Positions 49,084 through 59,156 are shown, counted from the first letter of the stretch. The stretch is DNA of 64,000 nucleotides from Gemmatimonadota bacterium (GCA_034521595.1 JAXHMG010000003.1:288001-352000), one strand, 5' to 3'. Program-made: numbers and translations. The notes: generated by a model from the letters alone, not told the origin.

Positions 49084-52000
49084 ATGCCCGGCCCCGAGTT
49101 CAGCCTCGTCGAGAGGCCCGCCATCGACTTCCTCACGGAGCTCGGCTACACCTGGCTCTCGAAGGAGAAGGCCGAGCTCCAGCGGAACGGGCTGAACCAG
49201 GTCATCCTCCGCGACCACCTCGTGGACGCCGTCCAGCGGCTGAACGACGTGGACCCTGACCTCGCCCACCGCGTCTACCACGAGCTCCTCGCCGTCTCGG
49301 ACAACGAGCGGTGGCTGGAGTACCTCCGGGGGAGCTACTCGCGGGCCGCGGCGGGGGAGGCCACGCACCGGACCATCCGCCTCCTCGACTTCGAGGACCC
49401 GGCGAACAACACGTTCACCGTCACCAACCAGTTCCGCGTGGAGTCGCAGCATCCGCGCGTGGCGGACCTCGTGGTGCACGTGAACGGGATCCCGCTGGTG
49501 GTCCTCGAGGCGAAGAAGCCGGGCGCGGGCAAGCTGCTCTCGGCGTACGAGCAGATCCGGCTGTACGAGCAGCAGATCCCCCGGCTCTTCCACGCCAACG
49601 CGTTCAACATCGTCACCGACCGACAGACGCTCCGCTACGGGACGACGGGCGCGGACTGGGCCTACTGGGGGCACTGGCGCGACCCGTGGCCGAGGGCCGG
49701 GGACGACTTCAGGAGCGAGATGGAGCAGGGCCTCTGGGCGCTCCTCGAGCCGTCCAGGCTCCTCGACCTCGTCGCCCACTTCATCGTCTTCGAGCGCGAG
49801 CCGGAGACGGGGCGGGTCGTCAAGAAGATGGGCCGGTACCAGCAGCACCGGGCGGTCCAGCGGGTCTACGAGCGGGCGCAGGACGCGGAGCGGCGCCGCG
49901 GGCTCATCTGGCACACCCAGGGGAGCGGAAAGTCGCTCACGATGGTCTTCTCGGTGCTGAAGCTGAAGCTCCACCGCACCGACCCGAGTCCGCTGCTGCC
50001 GAGCCCGAACATCCTCGTCATCACGGACCGCAAGGACCTCGACCGCCAGATCGCGGCCACGTTCCACGCCTGCGGGCTCCCGAACCCGAAGCCGATGGGG
50101 TCGATGGACGAGCTCCGCCGGACCATCCACAGCGGCGTCTCCGGGCTCACCGTCCTCTCCACCATCCACAAGTTCGAGGGCTCGCGGACGCCGGTGGAGA
50201 ACAGCGGCGACTGGATCGTGTTCGTGGACGAGGCGCACCGCACCCAGGAGCAGGACCTGGGCGCCTACCTGCGGGCCACGTTCCCGGATGCGTGGCTGTT
50301 CGGGTTCACGGGCACGCCGGTGAAGAAGGACGACCTGGACACCTTCCGGAACTTCAGCCCGGAGGGCGAGGCGTACCTCGACCGGTACAGCATCGACGAC
50401 GCGGTGGCCGACGGCGCCACGGTGCCGATCCGCTACACGTCCCGGAAGGCCGAGTGGCACATCGATCCGGCCGAGATCGACATCCTCTTCGACAACTGGT
50501 TCGCCGACGAGCCCGAGGACGTCGTCGAGGCGCTGAAGGAGCGGGGCGTGACCATCGCCGAGCTGGCCAAGCACCCCCGGCGGGTGGAGCTCATCGCCTT
50601 CGACCTGTGGCAGCACTTCAAGGGCCACGCGATGCCCGACGGCTACAAGGCGCAGATCGTGGCCATCGACCGCGAAGCGGTGATCCTCTACAAGCGCGCC
50701 CTGGACCGCTTGATCGCCAAGGAGCTCGTGAGGGACGAGGGGCTCGACGAGGCGGAAGCGCTCGAGCGGGCCGAGGCGATGTCCGTGCCGGTCTACTCGT
50801 CCAATCAGGACGACGCAAAGCCCAGCGACGACGCCCGGGTGAACGAGCTCCGCGCCGATCTCCGGAAGTACGCGCTGGACGAGGACGGGGAGAAGCAGGC
50901 CATCGCGCGCTTCCACAAGCGATGGGAGCCGCCGCACTTCCTCATCGTCTGCAACAAGCTCCTCACCGGGTTCGACGCGCCCCACGAGAGCGTGATGTAC
51001 CTGGACAGCCCGCTCCGGGACCACAACCTGCTGCAGGCCATCGCCCGCACCAACCGGGTGGCGGACGACAAGAAGCGGTTCGGGCTCATCGTGGACTACA
51101 TCGGCATCACGCGGAAGCTCGACGAGGCGCTCGATGCGTACCGCGAGGAAGACGTCGAGCACGCCATGCGGGACCTGGAGGTGGAGCGGGACGCCCTCCG
51201 GCAGGCGCACCGCGAGCTGTTCGAGATGGTGGGCGTCTCACGCCGGAAGGGCCGGGAGAGCGAGGAGTACGAGGCGCTCATCGAGCAGCTCGGCAGCGAG
51301 GACGTCTGGTACACGTTCCGGCGGAAGGCCGACGCGTTCATCCGCGCCTACGAGAGCCTGAGCCCCGATCCGGAGGTGCTCGACTACCAGGGCGACCTCA
51401 AGTGGGTGGTGAACTTCCTCGCGGTGGCCACGCCGGAGTTCGAGAAGAACCCGCCGCCGGACCTGAGCGGCATGAGCGGCAAGATCCGCCGGCTCCTGGA
51501 GGAGCACCTCGAGGTCACCGGCCTGAAGACCGTCGTGAAGCTCCGCCACATCACCGATCCCGAGTTCTGGGACGACTTCGCCGGCGACCGCCCGGCGCGG
51601 GAGCTCCGGCAGGCGACCATCCGCAAGGCCACGGAGCTCAAGCGCATCACCTACGAGAAGGTCCAGGAGAACCCGCTCCGCTACGAGACGTTCTCCGAGC
51701 GGGTGCTGGAGGTGATCCGGCGGTTCGAGGAGGGGCAGCTCGCCGCGGCCGAGGCGCTCGAGGAGTTCGAGGGCATCGCGAAGGATCTGGTGGACGAGGA
51801 CAACGCGCACGAGGCCAGCGGGCTGAATCCGCGGGCGTATGGTGTGCTGAAGATCCTCGAGTCGCTGATGGACGAGGAGGGGGCCGAAGGCGATGACGAG
51901 GACGGTCCCGCGCCTCCCGAGGGCGGCACGGCGAAGGAAGGGCAGGGGGGCGCCGGGGGGAGCGGCCCCGATCGCCTGGCCCGCCTCGCCGAGGAGATCG

Positions 52001-52185
52001 ACGCGATCTACGGCGACGACGCGCGGGCGCCGGTCGAGTGGCACCTGAAGGAGCAGGTCCGGAAGGAGCTCCGCCAGGAGGTGCGCTACCGGGCCCACCA
52101 GGCCGGGTTCGAGAAGGTGCGGGAGGTCGCGGACCGCGTCGAGCAGTACGCGCTCCGTCACTACGTGAAGCTCCCCGCGGCCTGA
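49084..52185 (+). CDS. hsdR: Type I RM restriction subunit
   Basis: DLVVHVNGIPLVVLEAK nuclease motif, HTQGSGKS, DEAH, FTGTP, LLTGFDAP, QAIARTNR. Confidence 0.95.
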   Translation: MPGPEFSLVERPAIDFLTELGYTWLSKEKAELQRNGLNQVILRDHLVDAVQRLNDVDPDLAHRVYHELLAVSDNERWLEYLRGSYSRAAAGEATHRTIRLLDFEDPANNTFTVTNQFRVESQHPRVADLVVHVNGIPLVVLEAKKPGAGKLLSAYEQIRLYEQQIPRLFHANAFNIVTDRQTLRYGTTGADWAYWGHWRDPWPRAGDDFRSEMEQGLWALLEPSRLLDLVAHFIVFEREPETGRVVKKMGRYQQHRAVQRVYERAQDAERRRGLIWHTQGSGKSLTMVFSVLKLKLHRTDPSPLLPSPNILVITDRKDLDRQIAATFHACGLPNPKPMGSMDELRRTIHSGVSGLTVLSTIHKFEGSRTPVENSGDWIVFVDEAHRTQEQDLGAYLRATFPDAWLFGFTGTPVKKDDLDTFRNFSPEGEAYLDRYSIDDAVADGATVPIRYTSRKAEWHIDPAEIDILFDNWFADEPEDVVEALKERGVTIAELAKHPRRVELIAFDLWQHFKGHAMPDGYKAQIVAIDREAVILYKRALDRLIAKELVRDEGLDEAEALERAEAMSVPVYSSNQDDAKPSDDARVNELRADLRKYALDEDGEKQAIARFHKRWEPPHFLIVCNKLLTGFDAPHESVMYLDSPLRDHNLLQAIARTNRVADDKKRFGLIVDYIGITRKLDEALDAYREEDVEHAMRDLEVERDALRQAHRELFEMVGVSRRKGRESEEYEALIEQLGSEDVWYTFRRKADAFIRAYESLSPDPEVLDYQGDLKWVVNFLAVATPEFEKNPPPDLSGMSGKIRRLLEEHLEVTGLKTVVKLRHITDPEFWDDFAGDRPARELRQATIRKATELKRITYEKVQENPLRYETFSERVLEVIRRFEEGQLAAAEALEEFEGIAKDLVDEDNAHEASGLNPRAYGVLKILESLMDEEGAEGDDEDGPAPPEGGTAKEGQGGAGGSGPDRLARLAEEIDAIYGDDARAPVEWHLKEQVRKELRQEVRYRAHQAGFEKVREVADRVEQYALRHYVKLPAA

Positions 52186-52193
52186 GGCGTCCC

Positions 52194-52919
52194 GTGCCCA
52201 CCGTCACCGTCGGCCGCCGCGCCATCCCCTACGACGTGCGCACCAGCGCCCGGGCGAAGCGCAAGCGCATCGAGGTCACGCCCGGCCGGGTGGAGGTCAT
52301 CGTCCCCGAGGGCGAGAGCGACGAGGACGTGGCCCGGTTCGTGGCGTCCAAGCGGCGCTGGCTCCACGACAAGACCGAGGAGATCCGCGAGGCCGTGGAG
52401 CGCCTCCGGGCGGATACGCCGGAAGGCTATCACTCCGGCGCGAAGATCCTCTTTCGCGGGCGGTATCTGAAGCTGCGGGTGGAGGGCGCGGACGTCACCG
52501 AGCCGTCGCTGACGTACCGGACGGGGTTCCACGTGCGGGTGCCGGCGGGGATGGACGCCGGCGAGCGGGAGCGCGCGGCGCGGGCGCTCGTCGAGGCGTG
52601 GACCGAGGAGCGGCTGGTGGAGGACGCGTGGGCGGTGGTCCGGGCGCGCGGCCGGCCGCACGGGCTCGAGCCCGCCGGCGTCCGGATCCGCGACCAGAAG
52701 ACGCTCTGGGGGAGCTGCGGGAAGGACGGCGTCATCCGGCTCGACCGGAAGCTCGCCCGCGTGCCCCGGCCGGTGTTCGAGTACGTGGTGGTGCACGAGC
52801 TCTGCCACCTGCGGGTTCGGGATCACTCGCCGGCGTTCTGGGAGCTGGTCAGGCGGGTGATGCCGGACTACGAGGGGCGGAAGGCGTGGTTGGAGGGGCA
52901 CGAGGTGCGGGTGGGGTGA
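52194..52919 (+). CDS. YgjP/DUF45 (M48-like) metallopeptidase
   Basis: WGSC, YVVVHELCHL, HSPAFW; typical hsdR neighbour. Confidence 0.88.
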   Translation: MPTVTVGRRAIPYDVRTSARAKRKRIEVTPGRVEVIVPEGESDEDVARFVASKRRWLHDKTEEIREAVERLRADTPEGYHSGAKILFRGRYLKLRVEGADVTEPSLTYRTGFHVRVPAGMDAGERERAARALVEAWTEERLVEDAWAVVRARGRPHGLEPAGVRIRDQKTLWGSCGKDGVIRLDRKLARVPRPVFEYVVVHELCHLRVRDHSPAFWELVRRVMPDYEGRKAWLEGHEVRVG

Positions 52920-53028
52920 CCCGGCGGAACACGAAGGGTTGAAAGGTCGGACCGCCGGTCCGGCTCCGCAGAATCCACGATCGTACTTGTCCGCGGTGAG
53001 GTCCGGAGCCGTTCAGTTGTGCGTTCAG

Positions 53029-54000
53029 CTAAAGATGATTCTTGAGCCAGTCCGACAAGATCGCGGTAGTCTCGGCCAGACAATGGACGATCTCCGGTCC
53101 CCGGAATCGGGTCGGATCGGGCACAGGTATCTCGTTGAAAGTGAAGGGCCGTCGAAACTGCTCCAGAATGTCCCGGGCTTTGGACGCGAGGACGCGAGGA
53201 CTGTTGGGCACCTGGGAGTCCTGGAGCCGCGACCACTCGGCGACGTGCGCGAGGTACGCATAGAGTTCAGCCCAGCAGCGCCAACGTGGGACCTCTGGGT
53301 CGGTGTCCGGGTCCTTGCCTGGCGAGTGCAGGCTGAGCGCCCTCGCCCAGTCCCTACTCGGGGTGAAATACTCCGCCGGTCTCCCTCGTGTCTCTCGCAC
53401 GAGTCCGGCGAGCGCCATTTCGCTGACGGCCTTCCGAATCGAGACATCGCTGTAACCGGTCGCGCTCGAGATCACTTTGACACTTGCCCGAGCTCCGCGC
53501 AGGCCCAGCAAGAAGGCAAACGCATCAGCCTTTGCGCCGACCCCGAATCCCGCGCGCAGGCGCAGCCAAAGTGTGCTCGGATGCACGAGCGCGAGCTCTC
53601 CCGGACCCTTTCCGCTGCGGGATACCCAGGAAACAGACGGTGTAGCGTGGCCTTCCCACCGTCGATCACCGGCGTCGAGAGCGAGGCGGGCGAACTGCTC
53701 GAAGGCGTCTGGCCCGGAGCCGGCTGGAAAGCGGCCGGAAAGAGTTCGAAGCCTGTGAACGCTGGTGAGGTTTGCGCCGGCGTGTGCCCACCAGGAAACA
53801 AGGTCTCCCAAGCGTCGCTCTTGCTCGCGGAAACAGAGGCTAGCCAGCACGAGAGCCTCGGGGTCGATCATCGACTCGGCAGATCGAGAGTCGGCAGGTG
53901 AGGCCATCGAGCCAAGTGCAACCCATTGGGTCCAGCTGGTCTCGACGGCTGCCCGGCTAGCGTGAGTCCCGATCTCCTCTAGCAATTGTGTCTCGTACAT
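53029..54000 (-). CDS. Hypothetical wHTH protein, putative type IV TA antitoxin-like
   Basis: WTQWVALG, IDPEALVL, central HTH; adjacent to a nucleotidyltransferase fragment. Confidence 0.55.
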   Translation of the reverse strand: MYETQLLEEIGTHASRAAVETSWTQWVALGSMASPADSRSAESMIDPEALVLASLCFREQERRLGDLVSWWAHAGANLTSVHRLRTLSGRFPAGSGPDAFEQFARLALDAGDRRWEGHATPSVSWVSRSGKGPGELALVHPSTLWLRLRAGFGVGAKADAFAFLLGLRGARASVKVISSATGYSDVSIRKAVSEMALAGLVRETRGRPAEYFTPSRDWARALSLHSPGKDPDTDPEVPRWRCWAELYAYLAHVAEWSRLQDSQVPNSPRVLASKARDILEQFRRPFTFNEIPVPDPTRFRGPEIVHCLAETTAILSDWLKNHL

Positions 54001-54002
54001 AT

Positions 54003-54128
54003 TGGACGAACCGCTTCGAGCAGATATTCCGGAAGCGGCTGGGGAGAGATGAGGACCCGCTCGCCGTCTTGCTCAACCGCTCGCGCGATGACGTCAACAT
54101 CCTTCGTAACGCGATCCACCCAGCCTAG
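54003..54128 (-). pseudogene. Fragment of DUF6036-like nucleotidyltransferase
   Basis: LGWVDRVTKDVDVIARA...PQPLPEYLLEAV (R-x-T-x-D-x-D NTase motif) with no start or C-terminus. Confidence 0.5.
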
Positions 54129-54480
54129 GATTATCTTATGTATAACACAACATTATCTTATCTTCGTGTTTGATTCGCCTCTTCACTACTCCGCCCGCAA
54201 GGCCACCTTCGGATTGACTCGTGAGCCGCTCCCTGCCGTTTCACGGAAACCATTTGCGTTGAGTGACCCCGGCGTCGCTGAAGTCGCGAGACTGGTGTAG
54301 TGCTGCTCTTCAGCCCCCACGGAGTCCGACCTGCTGGACCGGCAAGAACGGCGGCTCGGGCAGCCCATCAATGAGTTAGTGTGCGTCTGGCGGGAGTAGG
54401 CATGGTGGTGAGAGCGACCTCCATCTTAGGTTCGGGGGTATGAACGGACACTCGCCATTGCGCCGATCCACGGAGGCCTC

Positions 54481-54678
54481 GTGAAGACGAAGGAGACCGT
54501 GCGGGACCTGCTCGAAAGGCTTCCGGACGACTGCACACTCGAAGACGTGCTCTATCATCTCTACGTAATCCAGGCCGTTGAGCGTGGCCTCGAGGACGCA
54601 GAGGCTGGACGAACCGTGTCGCACGAGGAAGTTGCCGAGGAACTACGGCGGAAATGGGTCTTCGGCGCCGCCGGGTAG
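54481..54678 (+). CDS. Type II antitoxin
   Basis: LPDDCTLEDVLYHLYV...GLEDAEAGRTVSHEEV. Confidence 0.82.
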   Translation: MKTKETVRDLLERLPDDCTLEDVLYHLYVIQAVERGLEDAEAGRTVSHEEVAEELRRKWVFGAAG

Positions 54679-54968
54679 TCTGGACACGAGGAGCGAGCCA
54701 GGAACTCGACGAGAGTATCGAGTTCATCGCAGAGGACTCCCGACAGGCCGCAATCGATGTGCTCGAGCGCATCCTCGAGGCTGCCGAGTCCTTGGCCGAC
54801 CTGCCTGATCGCGGACGCGTCGTCCCAGAGCGCGGAGACTCGGCGATCCAGGAACTCTTGATCGAGCCCTTCCGACTCCTGTACTCGGCCGCTGAGGAGG
54901 AAGTAACGATCCTGGGCTTACTCCATCAGCGGCGAGACTTCGCAGGCTGGGATCGATCGGATCGGTAA
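54654..54968 (+). CDS. RelE/ParE toxin (apparently intact)
   Basis: VVWTRGA...FIAEDSRQAA...PDRGRVVPE...FRLLY...HQRRDF. Confidence 0.85.
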   Translation: MGLRRRRVVWTRGASQELDESIEFIAEDSRQAAIDVLERILEAAESLADLPDRGRVVPERGDSAIQELLIEPFRLLYSAAEEEVTILGLLHQRRDFAGWDRSDR

Positions 54969-55072
54969 GACGACCGGCCGCACACTAACATGCGCTTGGC
55001 GCTGACGCGCTCCGAGCCCGCCTGGCTCCCCTCCGTCTACGGCATCCCACGGCTCGCCGAGCTCATGGGCCC

Positions 55073-55282
55073 TCAGGACCCGGCGGCCACATCGCCACTC
55101 CCCCGCCCGCCTTCCGGCGACTCGATCGCCTCGCGCGCCATCCGATTGGCGGCGATACAAAGGGCGCAGTGGCTGTCCCGTGTCATGCGCTCGATGGCCT
55201 GGAGGGTTTCGAAGTCCGACCGCCGGACCCGCTCGCTCGCTTCTCTGATCGCGCGTGCCTGCTCCTCCTCGATGTCGCTCAC
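55073..55282 (-). CDS. Small hypothetical protein with CxxC
   Basis: GGAGG + GTG; MSDIEEEQARAIR...HCALC. Confidence 0.45.
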   Translation of the reverse strand: MSDIEEEQARAIREASERVRRSDFETLQAIERMTRDSHCALCIAANRMAREAIESPEGGRGSGDVAAGS

Positions 55283-55357
55283 GCCTCCGCTCCCGGTCCT
55301 CTGGAGTCGCAACCCGTGAGCCGTGCGGCTCACGTCCTGCTCTAATCTCGAACGGGG

Positions 55358-57331
55358 GTGGGACATCACGGACGCTCGAGGACCCTGGGCGGTTTCCACG
55401 CACGGCCAGGACGTCGGCCGCGCGCGTGGCTCGGGGGATGGCTCCCGCCTCGGTTCCCCGTTCCTCCACCACGGCGTAGCTTCACGAGCAGCCACACGCC
55501 AACGAGGGAGAGGGGACCCATCCGCTTTCTGGATTTCCGGGGGATATTCGGCAACGTCAACACGCGGACGATCTACTTCTACTCCATCGTGATCGGCGTG
55601 CTGGGCGGGGCCGCTGCCGTCCTGTTCTACGAAGCGCTCCAGGCGGCCACGCATCTCACGATGGAGGTGCTGGCTCGCCATTCCGTGCCCGAGCCTCGCG
55701 GGGAAGCCGTCGGTAGCGACCTCGCTCCCGGCTCGACACGGCGCGGCGTGCTCGTGCTGCTTCCGGTGCTCGGCGGTCTCGTCTCGGGGGTGCTGGTGCG
55801 CAGGTTCGCCCCGGAAGCCGAGGGCACGGGCACGGACGGGTACATCGACGCCTTCCACAACAAGAGCGGTGTGATGCGCGGGCGCGTCCCGGTGATCAAA
55901 TCGCTCGCCACCATCGCGACGCTCTCGACCGGAGGAAGCGTCGGCAAAGAAGGACCGACCGCGCAGATCGGGGCCGGCATCGGAGCGGCATTCGGACGCG
56001 TGATCCGGATGGGGGCACGGGCACGCCGCACGCTGATGATCGCCGGAGCCGCCGCCGGGCTGGGTGCGATCTTCCGGGCCCCGCTCGGTGGAGCCCTCAC
56101 GGCGATCGAGGTCCTCTACAAGGAAGATCTGGAGACGGACGCGCTGACCCCGGCGGTCCTGGCTTCGGTGACGGCCTACACGGTCTTTTCGACGGTGAAC
56201 GGCTTCGAGCACGTGTTCGCGTTCGAGTCGGAAGGCTTCCACGCGCCCGCGCAACTGTTCGTCTACGCCCTGCTCGGACTCCTCTGTTCCGGGCTCGGTA
56301 TCGTCTACGTCAAGTTCCTCAGCGGATCGAAGGCTCACTTCTTCGACCGTCTGCCGATCAGCCGGTATCTCGTTCCGCCCCTCGGCGGCCTCCTGGTCGG
56401 CGCGACCGGCTACTTCTTTCCCCAGGTCATGGGCCACGGGCTCGGCTACGTCCAGCAGCTCGTGCTCGGGGAGCCGATGACCGGCATCGCGGCCACGACC
56501 GGCGTCCTGGCCGGGCTGGCGCTTCTCAAGATCTTCACCTCGTCGTGCACGCTCTCCTCCGGTGGATCCGGTGGCGCCTTCGCGCCCAGCCTGTTCATCG
56601 GTGCGATGCTGGGCGGGAGCTTGGGTCAGGCGGCGCAGGGATGGTTTCCCACGCTCGTGCCGGACATCGGGCCTTTCGTGGTCGTCGGCATGGGAGCGTT
56701 CTTCGCGGGCGTCGCCAACGCCCCGATCGCGTCCATCGTGATGGTCAGCGAGCTGACGGGAGCCTACGATCTGCTGCCGCCGCTCATGTTGGTGGCCACG
56801 ATCGCGCTGGTCACGACGCGGCGGTGGTCCATCTACTCCGGGCAGGTGGACAACCGGTTCTCCTCACCGGCCCACCTGTGGGAGATGAGCCCCGGAGCCC
56901 TGCGCCAGATGACCGTGCGCGAGTTGGCGGACGGCGCGTACGACGAGCGTGCGATCGTGCCCGCGGACGCCACGCTCCGGGACCTCGAGCGGCACTCGGC
57001 CGAAACCGGGGAGACCGACCTCGTGCTGCGCGACGCCACGGGGGCCTACGCCGGCCTCGTCTCGATGTCGGACCTGGCGGTGGTCGATGGCCTGGAGCAC
57101 CTGGACGGCCTCGTTCTGGCTCGGGACCTGGTGAACCATCGAGGCATGACGCTCACCCCCGAGGACGACCTGATCCGGGCGCTCGAGCTGTTCGCCGGCC
57201 GCGAGTTCGACAACATCCCCATCGTCGATGCGCGCGAGGGACGCGAGCGCCTGCTGGGGCACATCGCCTACGGGGACATCGTGGCGTTCTACAAGCGCGA
57301 GCATACACGCAGAGGCTCGGCCGCGGAATAG
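55358..57331 (+). CDS. ClC chloride channel/antiporter with CBS pair (start uncertain)
   Basis: GTGTD, GKEGP, GGAFAPS, C-terminal CBS domains. Confidence 0.9.
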   Translation: MGHHGRSRTLGGFHARPGRRPRAWLGGWLPPRFPVPPPRRSFTSSHTPTRERGPIRFLDFRGIFGNVNTRTIYFYSIVIGVLGGAAAVLFYEALQAATHLTMEVLARHSVPEPRGEAVGSDLAPGSTRRGVLVLLPVLGGLVSGVLVRRFAPEAEGTGTDGYIDAFHNKSGVMRGRVPVIKSLATIATLSTGGSVGKEGPTAQIGAGIGAAFGRVIRMGARARRTLMIAGAAAGLGAIFRAPLGGALTAIEVLYKEDLETDALTPAVLASVTAYTVFSTVNGFEHVFAFESEGFHAPAQLFVYALLGLLCSGLGIVYVKFLSGSKAHFFDRLPISRYLVPPLGGLLVGATGYFFPQVMGHGLGYVQQLVLGEPMTGIAATTGVLAGLALLKIFTSSCTLSSGGSGGAFAPSLFIGAMLGGSLGQAAQGWFPTLVPDIGPFVVVGMGAFFAGVANAPIASIVMVSELTGAYDLLPPLMLVATIALVTTRRWSIYSGQVDNRFSSPAHLWEMSPGALRQMTVRELADGAYDERAIVPADATLRDLERHSAETGETDLVLRDATGAYAGLVSMSDLAVVDGLEHLDGLVLARDLVNHRGMTLTPEDDLIRALELFAGREFDNIPIVDAREGRERLLGHIAYGDIVAFYKREHTRRGSAAE

Positions 57332-57360
57332 AGCCGCGCGGTCGGACCGGACGCGACGCC

Positions 57361-57828
57361 TCAACCGCGGGTCGAGAACCGCCCGACCACGGGGTTCACG
57401 AGCCGCTCGAAGTCCGTGTAGGGGAGCCGCATCAGCTCGGTGTGACTCCCGGCGTTGAAGGTGATGTGCTCGTCTTCCCGGAGCCGCTCGTCCACGAATA
57501 CGGTCAGATCCCACAGATTCCCGAACGGGGGCATCGCGCCGAGCTCACAGCTCGGAAAGAGGTCGGCGAACTCCTGCTCGGAGGCGATCTCGGCACGGTC
57601 GGTGCCGGCGGCCTCCTTCAGGTGTTCGATGCTGACCTGGTCCGGTGCCGGCAACACGACCATGGCCGTGTCGCCGTTCAGCTTGACCATGACGGTCTTC
57701 GCCATCTCCTTGCCCGGCACGTGCGCGGCCGCGGCGACCTCCTGAGCCGTGAACGCCTGCGAATGCGAGATCGTGACGAACTTCACGTCGTGCTCGTCGA
57801 GGAATTCCTTCAAGCGCTCCACAGGCAT
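57361..57828 (-). CDS. YbaK/EbsC aminoacyl-tRNA deacylase family
   Basis: AKTVMVK, FPSCELGAMPPFG, FNAGSH. Confidence 0.88.
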   Translation of the reverse strand: MPVERLKEFLDEHDVKFVTISHSQAFTAQEVAAAAHVPGKEMAKTVMVKLNGDTAMVVLPAPDQVSIEHLKEAAGTDRAEIASEQEFADLFPSCELGAMPPFGNLWDLTVFVDERLREDEHITFNAGSHTELMRLPYTDFERLVNPVVGRFSTRG

Positions 57829-58085
57829 CTGTAACCTCCCGACATGTGACGGTGCGGCACGGGGTCTTGCTGTCGGCCCTGCCGGACTCGACCGGCGGAG
57901 GCACGACCATCGGACACGGACCGTCAGGATGGTGGGGCGAGGAACGAGAAAGCAAGGGGCTTCCCCCGGCCGTCCCGACGGACGTGGCGCAGGGCCGCCG
58001 CTCCTTGTGGGGCCGTGGCGAACCCACAAGATTGCGCCTTCGGGTGCCATGGCATCGAACCTGGAAACGCAGATGGAGTGACGAG

Positions 58086-59114
58086 ATGGATCTGTCCCGC
58101 CGCGATTTCGCTTCCATCGTCGCCGGCGCCGTCGCCGGCCTCGCCCTTCCCGGATCGGCCCGAGGGCTGGACGACCTCGGAGTCCGGATGCTCGGCGGCC
58201 GGGCACGGGGGCGTCATCAGGTCCGCTACTTCCAGTGGCACGCGATCGGCGAGAGGGTCCGGGTGGCCATGGGTGGTGGTGGAAACACGTTGCTCTACGT
58301 GGGCTCGAACGGTGCGCTCCAGAGCGACGGCAAGAACTTCGGCCTGGGCCGGATCCTGCGGCGCGAGGCGGAGGCCGAGGGGCGTCCGGTCACGCGGTTC
58401 GTGAACACCCATCACCACGGAGACCACTCCGGCGGGAACGACGGCTTCAGCGACCTGGTCCGCCTGGCCCACGGCAACGCCGAGCCCCGGATCGTCGCGA
58501 CCGCGGAATCCAACCTCGACCGTGCCCGCGAGGCGCTTCCGCGCACGCTCGCTCAGCTCCGTGAGCAGGACGCCCCGTCCGCCGCCGTCGCGGACGTGGA
58601 GGCCATGCTCGCCGCCCTCGACGACCTGACGCCGGGAGCGTTCGCGCCCACGGAGACCTTCGAGTCCGAGCGGGAGCTCGCCCTCGAGGGCCGTCCGGTG
58701 GAGGTGCGCTGGGCGAGCCGGGGTCACACGGACGGCGATGCCTTCCTGTACCTGCCGGAGGAAAACGTGCTACACTGCGGCGACCTTCTCTTCCACGGCC
58801 GGCACCCGTACGTCGACGTGTCCGCGGACGCGACCCCGGCCGGGTGGATCCGCTGCGTGGACACGATGCTCACGCTGTGCGACGGCGATACGGTGGTCAT
58901 CCCGGGCCACGGCAACCTCACCGACCGAGGTGGGCTGGCGGCCCAGAAGACCTACTTCGAGCGACTCCAGGACATCGTGGCCGAAGCGATCGAGGAGGGG
59001 CGCTCCAGAGACGAGGTCACGGCCCTCGCGCCGGCGGATCTCGCCGCCCTCCCGGCGGCCGAGCGGATGCTCCCGCAGAACCTGGGGATCGTCTACGACG
59101 AGATGGTGGGCTGA
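58086..59114 (+). CDS. Tat-exported MBL-fold metallohydrolase
   Basis: SRRDF Tat motif; THHHGDHSGG, GHTDGD, GDL, IPGHG. Confidence 0.88.
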   Translation: MDLSRRDFASIVAGAVAGLALPGSARGLDDLGVRMLGGRARGRHQVRYFQWHAIGERVRVAMGGGGNTLLYVGSNGALQSDGKNFGLGRILRREAEAEGRPVTRFVNTHHHGDHSGGNDGFSDLVRLAHGNAEPRIVATAESNLDRAREALPRTLAQLREQDAPSAAVADVEAMLAALDDLTPGAFAPTETFESERELALEGRPVEVRWASRGHTDGDAFLYLPEENVLHCGDLLFHGRHPYVDVSADATPAGWIRCVDTMLTLCDGDTVVIPGHGNLTDRGGLAAQKTYFERLQDIVAEAIEEGRSRDEVTALAPADLAALPAAERMLPQNLGIVYDEMVG

Positions 59115-59156
59115 GCCGCGGCCGGCGCCCGCTGCCGACCGCGGCTGCCTCCCGAC

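Larger units (their letters stand above)
36763..55029. mobile_element. Genomic (defence/TA) island integrated at tRNA-Ala; no integrase recognised
   Basis: 17-bp direct repeat CGAGCCCGCCTGGCTCC at 36763-36779 and 55013-55029; lower-GC accessory cargo. Confidence 0.8.
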
